Assembly: GCA_046583355.1 (NCBI GenBank)
Contig: JAYGCM010000075.1
Span: 12,258-76,257 of the forward strand
Direction: 5' to 3'
DNA length: 64,000 nucleotides
DNA from: Deltaproteobacteria bacterium
GTDB lineage: Bacteria; Desulfobacterota; Binatia; UBA12015
Part shown: piece by piece, positions 8,551 to 16,828 of the stretch
Position numbering within the stretch: the stretch's first letter is position 1
Layout: each line of letters opens with the position of its first letter
Made by a program: the position numbers and the translations under genes
The notes under the pieces: generated by a model
Told to the model about the DNA's origin: nothing
What the model saw: the letters and a program-made list of their open reading frames with translations, nothing else
The model's database searches: none

Positions 8551-9932
8551 GTGCGGCGCGCGATCTGGTCGTTCTGGGCGGTGGACCGGGCGGCTACACG
8601 GCCGCCTTGCGCGCGGCGCAATTGGGCATGCAGGTCACCCTGGTCGAGAAAGACGAACTCGGCGGTGTCTGCGGCAATTGGGGCTGCATTCCGTCCAAGG
8701 CGATCATCCATTCGGCCGATGTCTACGATCAGGCGCGCCAAGGCGCGGCGATCGGCATCCAGGGTGGCGATATCGGTTTTGACTTCGGTGCTATCATCGA
8801 CCATAGCCGCGCGGTCGCCGCGCAGATGGCCAAGGGTGTCGGCGGCTTGTTGCGCCGCGCCGGCGTCGAGGTGATTCACGCCGAGGCACGGCTGGACGGC
8901 GAGGGTGGCCTGCGTTTGATCGACGGCACCGCCGTACCGGCCCGCCATGTTTTGCTGGCCGCAGGCACTGGCGAAATGCTGCTGCCCGGAATCGAATTGG
9001 ATGCTCCGCGGGTGGTCACGAGTCGCGAACTTCTGGCCGAGCGGACTCTGCCGGCGAGCCTTCTTGTGCTCGGGGGCGGTGCCATCGGCATCGAGTTCGC
9101 GTTCGTCTTTCTTTGCCTTGGTGTGGACGTGACGATCGTCGAGATGCAGGGCTCGCTGCTGCCGGGCATGGACCCGGATGTCGCAAAAGAGATCGAGCGC
9201 AGCCTGCGGCGGCGCGGCGCGACGATCCTCACGGGTACGCGTTTCGAGTCGCTGACGAAGACGGACTCCGGCGTTCGGATCGAGGTCGAAGGTGCCAAGG
9301 GAAAGGCCAGCCTTGCGGCCGAGCGCTTGCTGGTCGCTGTGGGGCGCGTGCTGCGGCCGGAAGGAATCGGTCTTGACGTAGCCGGCATCGCACTTGAGGC
9401 GGGCCGTGTGATCGTCGACGATGCCTATTGGACCAGCCGGATCGGCGTGCTCGCGGTCGGCGACCTGATTGATTCGCCGGCGCTGGCACATGTCGCCAGT
9501 GCCGAGGGAGTGGCGGCGGTGGAGATTCTCGCCGGCGTGCGCGAGCCCGGACGTCTGGACCGCCGCCGTCTGCCGGCCTGCGTCTACGGTCGTCCCGAGG
9601 TTGCCGTCGTGGGGTTGAGCGAGGCCGAAGCGCGCGCGGCGGGTGCCGAGGTGAAGACCGGCATGGTGCGCATGCGGGCGCTCGGGCGGGCGGTCGCCGC
9701 TGGCGAGACCGAAGGCTTCGTCAAGCTGGTGATCGATGCGCGTTACGGGGAAATTATCGGTTGTCAGATCGTGGCACCCGGTGCGACCGATCTGATCGCC
9801 GAGGTCGTCTTGGCGATGCAACTCGAAGGCACGGCGCATGAGCTCGCCGCGACGATCCATCCGCATCCGACCTTTGCCGAGGCGTTGATGGAAGCCGCGC
9901 ATAGCGCTCTTGGTATGTCGCTCAATGCCTGA
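8547..9932 (+). CDS. lpdA: dihydrolipoyl dehydrogenase
   Basis: GGGPGGY, GGVCGNWGCIPSK and HPHPTFAE motifs. The GTG start overlaps the E2 stop. Confidence 0.93.
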   Translation: MSAARDLVVLGGGPGGYTAALRAAQLGMQVTLVEKDELGGVCGNWGCIPSKAIIHSADVYDQARQGAAIGIQGGDIGFDFGAIIDHSRAVAAQMAKGVGGLLRRAGVEVIHAEARLDGEGGLRLIDGTAVPARHVLLAAGTGEMLLPGIELDAPRVVTSRELLAERTLPASLLVLGGGAIGIEFAFVFLCLGVDVTIVEMQGSLLPGMDPDVAKEIERSLRRRGATILTGTRFESLTKTDSGVRIEVEGAKGKASLAAERLLVAVGRVLRPEGIGLDVAGIALEAGRVIVDDAYWTSRIGVLAVGDLIDSPALAHVASAEGVAAVEILAGVREPGRLDRRRLPACVYGRPEVAVVGLSEAEARAAGAEVKTGMVRMRALGRAVAAGETEGFVKLVIDARYGEIIGCQIVAPGATDLIAEVVLAMQLEGTAHELAATIHPHPTFAEALMEAAHSALGMSLNA

Positions 9933-10614
9933 AGAGAGTGGCGCTGTGCCGCTTGCCGTGCCCGTCCTGCGCGAGACTCAGGTCGCCGGGATCCGCTGCC
10001 TCTGGTTGGGCCGAGTCGAATATTCTCGGGCACTGGCCGCGCAGGAAGATTGGATAGCGCGTTTTGCCGACCGGGGCGATGCGCTGCTTTTGCTCGAGCA
10101 TCCGCCGGTCTACACGACCGGCCGCGGCGGTGCGGAGGCGCACCTGCCCGACGCAAAGGTAAACGTGCCGGTGCTGCGGATCGGCCGCGGCGGCGACGTC
10201 ACCTACCATGGTCCGGGCCAACTGGTGGGCTACCCGATCATCGACCTGCGCACGCGCGGCCGCGACGTGCATCGCTATCTGCGCGATTTGGAGGCCGGCC
10301 TGATCGATACGCTGGGCGTGCTCGGCGTCGGCGCCCAACGCTGCGCGGGACGGACGGGCATCTGGGTGGCGCGCCCGGGCGGCGAGCCGCGCAAGATTGC
10401 TTCGATCGGCATCGCGGTGCGCCGCGGTATTGCCTGGCATGGCTTTGCCCTCAATCTCTCGGTCGATCTGGCGGCCTTTGACCCGATTGTGCCGTGTGGT
10501 CTTGAAGGTGTCGAAATGACCTCGGTCGCCCTCGAAACGGGCCGGGCACCGGCGCTTGCGGAGGTCGCCGAGATGCTCGCGACCTACCTGCCGCCTCGAA
10601 TTTGTCAGGCCTGA
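9925..10614 (+). CDS. lipB: lipoyl(octanoyl) transferase
   Basis: LEHPPVYT, RGGDVTYHGPGQLVGY, KIASIG, HGFALN and IVPCG motifs. Confidence 0.93.
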   Translation: MPEESGAVPLAVPVLRETQVAGIRCLWLGRVEYSRALAAQEDWIARFADRGDALLLLEHPPVYTTGRGGAEAHLPDAKVNVPVLRIGRGGDVTYHGPGQLVGYPIIDLRTRGRDVHRYLRDLEAGLIDTLGVLGVGAQRCAGRTGIWVARPGGEPRKIASIGIAVRRGIAWHGFALNLSVDLAAFDPIVPCGLEGVEMTSVALETGRAPALAEVAEMLATYLPPRICQA

Positions 10615-10715
10615 GCGAAAACAGGTTGGCAGGCACATTGCTTCGCTCTCTGGTTTCCCGTAGCTAGACCGTCGTTCAGAGCCCATTTGTTGGGGTGGTT
10701 TTTGGAGGAAGAGGA

Positions 10716-11354
10716 ATGGTCAAGCTCTACGATTATCTGCAATGTCCGTTCGGCCAGAAGGCTCGAATCGTACTCGCGGAGAAACAACTCGATTACGAGT
10801 TGGTTCCCGTCGATCTGCGTAAGAACGAGCAATTCGAGCCGGCGTTCGTCGAGCTGAACCCCTTCCATAAGGTTCCCGTGCTGGTGGATGAAGAGGGCCC
10901 GGACGATCCAGAAAGCATCGTTGTCTACGATTCGACAACAATTGGCGAGTACCTCGAAGACGAGTACCCCGAGCCGCCCATGCTGCCGCCGGCCGAGGAC
11001 GCGGCCGCGCGCGCCCGCATCCGCTCGCTTGAAGACTACGCCGACCTCGCCTTCGTTGTGCCGGCTGGCAACTACCTCACCGAGTATATCAAAGAAGAAA
11101 ACGGCGACCCCGAGCGTCTCGCCCGTGCCAAAGAGGAGCTCGACCGAGCCTTCTTCGTGCTCGAGCGCGAGCTGCAAGGCGGGCGGAAGTACCTCGGCGG
11201 CGACCAGTTCACGCTGGCCGACGCGGCCTTCGCGCCGCGACTCCTGCTGCTGGCTAGCCGGGGTGTTGAGTTGCCGCCCGAAACCCGTGCCCTGCGCGGT
11301 TATATCGATCGCTTGCGCCACCGCGATAGCGTGCGGATGCTCCAGGGCGTCTAG
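10716..11354 (+). CDS. glutathione S-transferase family protein
   Basis: CPF, LNPFHKVPVL, YDSTTIGEYLE and FTLAD motifs. Strong RBS GGAGGAAGAGGA. Confidence 0.88.
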   Translation: MVKLYDYLQCPFGQKARIVLAEKQLDYELVPVDLRKNEQFEPAFVELNPFHKVPVLVDEEGPDDPESIVVYDSTTIGEYLEDEYPEPPMLPPAEDAAARARIRSLEDYADLAFVVPAGNYLTEYIKEENGDPERLARAKEELDRAFFVLERELQGGRKYLGGDQFTLADAAFAPRLLLLASRGVELPPETRALRGYIDRLRHRDSVRMLQGV

Positions 11355-11361
11355 GAGATAG

Positions 11362-11574
11362 TTGACCAGCGAGGAGCGGCGTCGGCGCGAAATCGTTCGA
11401 TCTTTTCAAGTCGTCTGCATCTGTCATAAGATCAAGCGGGGCACGATAGAAAAGGCGATTGCCGGCGGCGCGCGCAATATCTCGGATGTGCGGGCGCGGA
11501 CCCGTGCGGCGACCGGGCCTTGTGGCGCGAAGCGTTGTGGTCCGGTGATCGCGAAGATGTTGCGCGAAAAATGA
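11362..11574 (+). CDS. Bfd-like (2Fe-2S)-binding protein
   Basis: VCICH...TGPCGAKRC cysteine pattern. RBS AGGAGA with TTG start. Confidence 0.75.
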   Translation: MTSEERRRREIVRSFQVVCICHKIKRGTIEKAIAGGARNISDVRARTRAATGPCGAKRCGPVIAKMLREK

Positions 11575-11608
11575 TCTGGTCGCGCAAGCCCTTGAGGGGA
11601 CCGGCGTG

Positions 11609-12241
11609 ATGGCCGAGTTGCCCACGCAGATTGCGCTCTTCCCGCTGCCCAATGTGGTTCTTTTTCCGCGTGTCTCGCTGCCGCTGCATATCTTCGAGCC
11701 TCGCTACCGCGCCATGGTCGCCGATGTCCGCGCCACTGACGGCTGGATCGGCATGGTGCTCTTGCACCCGCGCGGTGTGGCCGGCCCGGGTGGCGGGCCA
11801 CCCATTTTGCCAATCGGCTGCGCCGGACAGATCCGCCGCTTCGACCTTCTCAAAGACGGTCGCTCGAATCTCATGCTCGAAGGGATGCGCCGCTTCCGCG
11901 TCGAAGAAGAAGACGCGGAGCGCGTCTACCGCCGGGCCCGTGTCGCCTGGCTTGGTTCGGAGGAGGCCGAGCACTCGCTGGCAGTGCTGCCCGCGGGGTT
12001 GCTCGAGGAGGTCGAGGTGCTTCTGCGCCGCGAGGGCCGCGGCTTCAAGGGAAAGCTGATCGATCATCTCCCTGCGGATCTCGCGCTTCTGGTCAATACG
12101 CTCTCGTTTGCCCTGGACTTCGCGATGGTCGAGAAGGTCGCGCTACTTGAGTGCGAAAGTGTCGCCGCGCGTGCCGAGCGCTTGGGCGAGTTGGTTCGGT
12201 TTCGGCTCGCCGCCGGCAAGGCGCCCGATACGCTGCAATAG
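11609..12241 (+). CDS. stand-alone Lon N-terminal (substrate-binding) domain protein
   Basis: LFPLPNVVLFPRVSLPLHIFEPRYRAMV, with no AAA+ or protease domain. Confidence 0.88.
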   Translation: MAELPTQIALFPLPNVVLFPRVSLPLHIFEPRYRAMVADVRATDGWIGMVLLHPRGVAGPGGGPPILPIGCAGQIRRFDLLKDGRSNLMLEGMRRFRVEEEDAERVYRRARVAWLGSEEAEHSLAVLPAGLLEEVEVLLRREGRGFKGKLIDHLPADLALLVNTLSFALDFAMVEKVALLECESVAARAERLGELVRFRLAAGKAPDTLQ

Positions 12242-12296
12242 CCGGTCCCTCCGCCCGACCTCTACGCATCCGGCGCGCATTCGTTATCAGGAGGGA

Positions 12297-12569
12297 ATGG
12301 CAAAGATTCCCGGCTTTCTCGCGTTGGCGGCTCTGGTCGCCGGCATCGTGACCTTTTTGCTCGGCGTGGCGCTCGGCCGCGGCCAGGCCGAGGTGGCGTC
12401 GGTAATCTACGCTGGCCTGGTCACGCTTTTCCTTCAGGTATTCGCGGTCGCGGTCACCTTCGTGCACGCGCGCCTGCTTGGCGAAGAACGCGAGGAGTTG
12501 CTGGCGCGCATCGAGGCCGGCAAGAAGTCTCCTGGTAAATCGACAAAGGTGGAAGAGGGAGGGCAGTAG
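12297..12569 (+). CDS. small two-TM membrane protein
   Basis: RBS CAGGAGGG before MAKIPGFLALA, two hydrophobic helices and a charged tail. Confidence 0.65.
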   Translation: MAKIPGFLALAALVAGIVTFLLGVALGRGQAEVASVIYAGLVTLFLQVFAVAVTFVHARLLGEEREELLARIEAGKKSPGKSTKVEEGGQ

Positions 12570-12610
12570 AGGCAAGCGCGTGCTAGCCTTTTGCCCATCC
12601 GAGGTGATCC

Positions 12611-13786
12611 ATGAAGCGCAGTTTACAAGATGTTCTGAGCGCGGCCCGCGAGGTCGTTGCCGAGGTTTCCACTGACGATGTGGCGGCCCGTATCAAAGCC
12701 GGCACCGCCGGCGTATTGGTTGATGTGCGGGAGAAGGAAGAGTTTCGCGACGGGCATCTGCCCGAGGCCCTCTCCGTTCCGCGCGGCTTTCTCGAAATCC
12801 AGATCGAGACAGCGGTCCCGGACCGCGAGACGCCCATCATTGCCTATTGTCAGGGCGGTACGCGTTCGCTGATCGCCAGCCAGGCCTTGGTCGGCATGGG
12901 CTACACCAATGTGGTGTCCATGGCGGGCGGCTACGGGCAATGGAAAGACGCGGGCCACGAATGGGTCACGGATTTCCAGTTCACGCCCGACCAATTGCAG
13001 CGCTATAGCCGCCATTTCCTCCTGCCCGAGGTGGGTGAAGAGGGCCAGGCCAAACTGCTTGAGGCGAAAGTTCTGCTGATTGGCGCCGGCGGCCTCGGCT
13101 CGCCGACGGCCTATTATCTGGCCGCGGCCGGCGTCGGTACCATCGGCATCGTCGACGACGATGTGGTCGACCGCTCGAACCTCCAACGCCAGATCCTGCA
13201 CGCCGAAGACCGCGTCGGCATGCCGAAGGTCGAGTCGGCCAAGATGACCCTGGAAGGGCTCAACCCGGACGTCAATGTCGTGACCTACCAGGAGCGCATC
13301 AGCTCCGAGAATGTCATGCAGATTTTTGCCGACTACGATATCATCGTTGACGGCTGCGATAATTTCCCGACTCGCTACCTGGTCAACGATGCTTGCGTCT
13401 TCCTGCGCAAGCCCAATGTGCACGGCAGCATCTTCCAATTCGAGGGCCAGGCCACGGTCTTCGAGCCCTTCGAAGGCCCTTGCTACCGCTGCCTCTTCCC
13501 CGAGCCGCCGCCTCCGGGTGCGGCACCTTCTTGCGCCGAAGCCGGCGTGCTGGGTGTGCTGCCGGGTCTGGTCGGCTGCATCCAGGCCGTGGAGACCGTC
13601 AAGCTGATTCTCGGTGCCGGCCGCAGTCTCAATGGCCGCCTGCTCCATCTCGACACGCTCGCGATGGAAATCAACACCCTCAAGCTGCGCCGCGACCCCG
13701 CATGCCCGGTTTGCGGCGAGAACCCGACTGTCACCGAGTTGATTGACTACGAAGAGTTCTGCGGCTTGCGCGCTGCCGGGGGCTGA
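12611..13786 (+). CDS. moeB: rhodanese-ThiF/MoeB fusion (MoeZ-type sulfur-carrier adenylyltransferase)
   Basis: N-terminal rhodanese (DVRE...YCQGGTRS), then RYSRH, GAGGLG, SNLQRQ, PCYRC and CPVC. Confidence 0.9.
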   Translation: MKRSLQDVLSAAREVVAEVSTDDVAARIKAGTAGVLVDVREKEEFRDGHLPEALSVPRGFLEIQIETAVPDRETPIIAYCQGGTRSLIASQALVGMGYTNVVSMAGGYGQWKDAGHEWVTDFQFTPDQLQRYSRHFLLPEVGEEGQAKLLEAKVLLIGAGGLGSPTAYYLAAAGVGTIGIVDDDVVDRSNLQRQILHAEDRVGMPKVESAKMTLEGLNPDVNVVTYQERISSENVMQIFADYDIIVDGCDNFPTRYLVNDACVFLRKPNVHGSIFQFEGQATVFEPFEGPCYRCLFPEPPPPGAAPSCAEAGVLGVLPGLVGCIQAVETVKLILGAGRSLNGRLLHLDTLAMEINTLKLRRDPACPVCGENPTVTELIDYEEFCGLRAAGG

Positions 13787-13791
13787 GCCGC

Positions 13792-14028
13792 ATGAAGGTG
13801 ACGATCAAACCGGTTGCGGCCTTGCGCAAATTCCTCCCCGAAGGAGTGACGGATCAGGTCGAGCTGGAGCTGCCTGAGGGCGCGACGGCCGCCGACGCCG
13901 CGGCCGCACTCGGTATTCCAGCCGGCCACGCCGGCGTAGCTTTCCTCGACAACCAGAAAGCCGACCTCGATACCGTGCTCCAGGACGGGCAGGTCGTCGG
14001 GCTGATTCCGCCGCTGGGCGGCGGCTGA
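13792..14028 (+). CDS. MoaD/ThiS ubiquitin-like sulfur carrier
   Basis: 78 aa beta-grasp-like protein ending IPPLGGG, directly after moeB. Confidence 0.85.
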   Translation: MKVTIKPVAALRKFLPEGVTDQVELELPEGATAADAAAALGIPAGHAGVAFLDNQKADLDTVLQDGQVVGLIPPLGGG

Positions 14029-14044
14029 GCAAAAGCTCCGCGCG

Positions 14045-14410
14045 AAAAAAACCCCGAGGACGCATTCTCGCGCGGCTCACGACGCATAGCGTCAGAGTGC
14101 GCGGGCCCTGCCGGTTTATACAGGGTGCCCTCGGGGCCGATGGTGCCTGGAACTCCAAGCCACCACGCGTGGTTCGTGACTGGCCTAGGAGGCCACCACC
14201 TCACAGATCACCGTGTTTATACTATCATTCAATTTGGACCACCTCCGTTTCCGGCGCCGCCGAACGAGAACTCCTCGCCCGGCATTCCGCGGGCCCAGCC
14301 CCGCTCAGACCCAAGCAGCCGCCGATGCTGCCCCGTCTGCGCGATTCACCGAAAAGGGCAGACTATCTACCGTTCCGGGTACCGAGCGCTGTGTTCCGCT
14401 CGAACCGCAG
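14045..14410 (-). ncRNA. candidate structured RNA containing a short ORF
   Basis: Own promoter, a series of hairpins, and a closing stem CCCCGAGGG/TCCTCGGGG followed by T7. It matches no family I recognise. Confidence 0.5.
14185..14232 (-). CDS. putative 15-aa peptide MNDSINTVICEVVAS (TTG start)
   Basis: Perfect RBS GGAGGTG 7 nt before TTG. The stop codon lies inside the TGGCCT/AGGCCA hairpin. Confidence 0.45.
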   Translation of the reverse strand: MNDSINTVICEVVAS

Positions 14411-14414
14411 GCCG

Positions 14415-14443
14415 ACAATACGCCGATCGTCCGCATAAGTAAA
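14415..14443 (-). promoter_or_regulatory. putative sigma70 promoter
   Basis: TTTACT-N17-TATTGT on the minus strand. Confidence 0.5.
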
Positions 14444-14524
14444 TGCACCGGTCGACACGATCGTGGGAGAGCTCTTCGACGCTCCGGTGTAGGTGGCGCG
14501 CCGCCTGCAGCGGCGCCGGCGCGC

Positions 14525-15091
14525 TTAGTCCTTGGCGCGCGAGACGTAATCGCCCGACTCGGTCGCAACGCGGATGACGTCGCCTACCGAGATGAAGCTC
14601 GGTACCTGGACGACCAGGCCGGTCTCGGTGGTCGCGGGCTTCAATTGGGCGGCCGCGGTCGCGCCTTTGATGGCCGGCGCGGTGTCTTTCACTTCGAGGT
14701 CGACGTTCTTGGGTAGCGAGACGCCCAGCGGCTTGCCCTCGAAGGATTCGACGTCAATTTTCATATTGGGAAGAAGGAAACGCTCGCTCTTGCCGAGGTC
14801 GGCCGAGGTCAATTCGATCTGCTCGTAGTTCTCGGTGTTCATGAAGTGGAAGACCTCGCCGTCGGAGTAGAGGTATTCCATTTCGTTCTGCTCGAGTGTG
14901 GCGCGGTCGACCTTGTCGCTTGACGCGAAGCGATGCTCGGAGGAGTTGGCTGTGCGCAGGTTGCGCAATTTGGTTTGCACCATGCCGCGCCAATTTCCTG
15001 GCGTGACATGCATCACATGGAAGACACGTTGCAGCTCGCCGTTGTGCATGATGACCATGCCGACGCGGAGTTGAGTGGCGGTAATCAGCAT
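14525..15091 (-). CDS. efp: elongation factor P
   Basis: HVTPGNWRGMVQTKL, YLYSDG and KPATTETGLVVQVPSFI motifs. Confidence 0.95.
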   Translation of the reverse strand: MLITATQLRVGMVIMHNGELQRVFHVMHVTPGNWRGMVQTKLRNLRTANSSEHRFASSDKVDRATLEQNEMEYLYSDGEVFHFMNTENYEQIELTSADLGKSERFLLPNMKIDVESFEGKPLGVSLPKNVDLEVKDTAPAIKGATAAAQLKPATTETGLVVQVPSFISVGDVIRVATESGDYVSRAKD

Positions 15092-15137
15092 TGCGAATTC
15101 CTTCCAGGTCCAGAGGCGATCAGATTCCTGGGACTCT

Positions 15138-15602
15138 TCATCGATCGAGCGAAATCCATATGGTGACGAGGGTCAGCAGGACGGTCGTCCAGGCGGCGCC
15201 GCCGAGTCGGCCGAGGCGGCTGTTGAGCACCCGTTCGTCGACATCTTCGCCCCATTGTTCTTCGCGCACGACGCGGTGGCCGATGCCCATGGATACCCAG
15301 GTGCCGGCCATCACGACGAAGAAGGCCAGGGTGAGTTTGGTGGCGAAAAAGGCTCCGACGCTGGCGAAATAGGCTCCGCCCATCTCGGCCTTGAGGTTCG
15401 TGATGCTCCAGGCGCCGGTCATTACCATCATGCCGAGCAAGGCGATGGCGAGAGGGTCGTAGATCTTCAATACCCAGGCCAGGCGCGCACGGCGTCGGCG
15501 CGGGTCGGTAGCGGCGCGGGCGTGGCGCACGGTAAAGAGTGCGAGGCCGAGCGTAGCGCCCAGGAAGGCGCCGGTGGCGAGCAGATGGATCCAGAGGAGC
15601 AC
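15138..15602 (-). CDS. four-TM membrane protein (CopD/DUF2269-like)
   Basis: LWIHLLA start, four hydrophobic helices, TGAW and KL motifs. Confidence 0.6.
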   Translation of the reverse strand: MLLWIHLLATGAFLGATLGLALFTVRHARAATDPRRRRARLAWVLKIYDPLAIALLGMMVMTGAWSITNLKAEMGGAYFASVGAFFATKLTLAFFVVMAGTWVSMGIGHRVVREEQWGEDVDERVLNSRLGRLGGAAWTTVLLTLVTIWISLDR

Positions 15603-15681
15603 TCTGACGGCCTACCGAATGGCGCGGCTTCCCGCATCCGGCGATTGCTTCATTTCCCGTCCCTTGCTTCGCTAGCCCTCG

Positions 15682-15957
15682 ATGGCGGAGGCAGAGGCAG
15701 GGGAGCTCTTCTACCGGGGCACGATCATGCGCTACTCCCTGGCTCATGGTGGCGGGCTGATTCGCAGTGCTACCGGGCGCGAACTCGAGTTCGACCTGCG
15801 CTTCGTGCGGCTGCATGAAGACTACCGGGGGCGCGAGCCAAAGATCACGCTAGCCGAAGGCCTTGAGGTCGGCTTCGACGTCGGCCGGACGTCGCGCGGC
15901 CTTCTTGTCTCCCGCCTCTTTCCCCCGTCCGCCGCACCGGCACCTGGCAGCCTGTAA
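15682..15957 (+). CDS. divergent cold-shock-domain (OB-fold) protein
   Basis: GTIMRY...GGGLI...LAEGLEVGFDVGRTSRG parallels the CSD layout. Confidence 0.55.
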   Translation: MAEAEAGELFYRGTIMRYSLAHGGGLIRSATGRELEFDLRFVRLHEDYRGREPKITLAEGLEVGFDVGRTSRGLLVSRLFPPSAAPAPGSL

Positions 15958-16013
15958 CGAGTTGGCGACTGGAGCCGCGGGTGAGGCGATAGTGGTGGGT
16001 GTGGGGTTGGATG

Positions 16014-16418
16014 TCAGCGCGCGCGAAGTTCGCGAAGGGTCGCGAGAACGTCCCATTCGGTTGCCGCCCGCTCGATGTACTCCCAATCGAGATCCTCGAT
16101 CTCGACAAGGCCGAGCAGGTCAATTTGATCTTGGGGGCGGTTGGCGATCAGCTTGAGAACGATCAGGTCCTCGGCGGTGGCAACGCGGACCTCCCCACCG
16201 CGCACGGCCACTGCGCGTTGGACGAGGGTGCGCTGGAAGTCGGTCTTGGCAGTTTGAATCTCGAGGAGGATGGCCCGTTCCGCGTGATCGAAGCGAAGGA
16301 AGTCCGGACCCGACGGCAGGTTGTCGCCGAAGCGCTTCCCGCTGGTGAAGCCGGCTTCGAGCAGGGTGCTCTGCCGCCGCCCGAGGAACGCCAAGGGATC
16401 CTGGGTTGCGACGGTCAA
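16014..16418 (-). pseudogene. N-terminally truncated nucleotidyltransferase-family protein
   Basis: C-terminal VATAEDLIVLKLIANRPQDQID...LDWEYI signature is present. The N-terminal GG...RxTxDxD catalytic motif is absent. Confidence 0.65.
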
Positions 16419-16645
16419 GGCCGGTAGAGCCCCAACCTGTGCGCGCGCTCGTAGAGTTCAGGCGCGGTTGTGCGCGGCGGTTTCGGCGCAACCGTGTCGC
16501 GGAAGCGTTCGCAGAACTGCCAGCTGCGGCGCAACCGTTCGGCCAGCGGGAGTGCACGGTGTTGGGCATTCGCTACGTCGTGCGACGCTGCCTTCTGCTC
16601 GCCGATCCTGCGGAAGTGTGCCCGGTCGGATTCGGAAACGGCGAT
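16415..16645 (-). pseudogene. small partner gene of the nucleotidyltransferase, with ATC at the expected start
   Basis: Open frame IAVSESDRAHFRRIGEQKAASH...LAERLRRSW...YERAHRLGLYRP* whose stop overlaps the NTase TTG. A -10-like TAGCAT lies 6 nt before the ATC. Confidence 0.5.
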
Positions 16646-16734
16646 GAGTGAATGCTACTACACGCAGCCCAGCCAAGCCAAGCGCACCGTAATTCCGAGT
16701 CCCTTGCTTCTCTGCCTCTTGATCGCCGCGGCCA

Positions 16735-16788
16735 ATTGCAAGGTAATAGAGCGTCTGATTGCAAGGTAGTAGGGCGCCTGATGGCAAG
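16735..16788. repeat. imperfect 23-bp tandem repeat (2.3 copies)
   Basis: ATTGCAAGGTAATAGAGCGTCTG / ATTGCAAGGTAGTAGGGCGCCTG / ATGGCAAG. Confidence 0.75.
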
Positions 16789-16828
16789 TTTTCCTGGCCG
16801 CACCCAATTGTAGTACTCGGCCGCACCT

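Noticed and set aside
14045..14410. Identification as tmRNA, RNase P RNA, SRP RNA, 6S RNA or an amino-acid attenuator
   Set aside because: No tRNA-like ends or ALAA-type tag, no GAGGAAAGTCC, no SRP GGAA loop motif, not a single long rod, and no downstream gene on the same strand.
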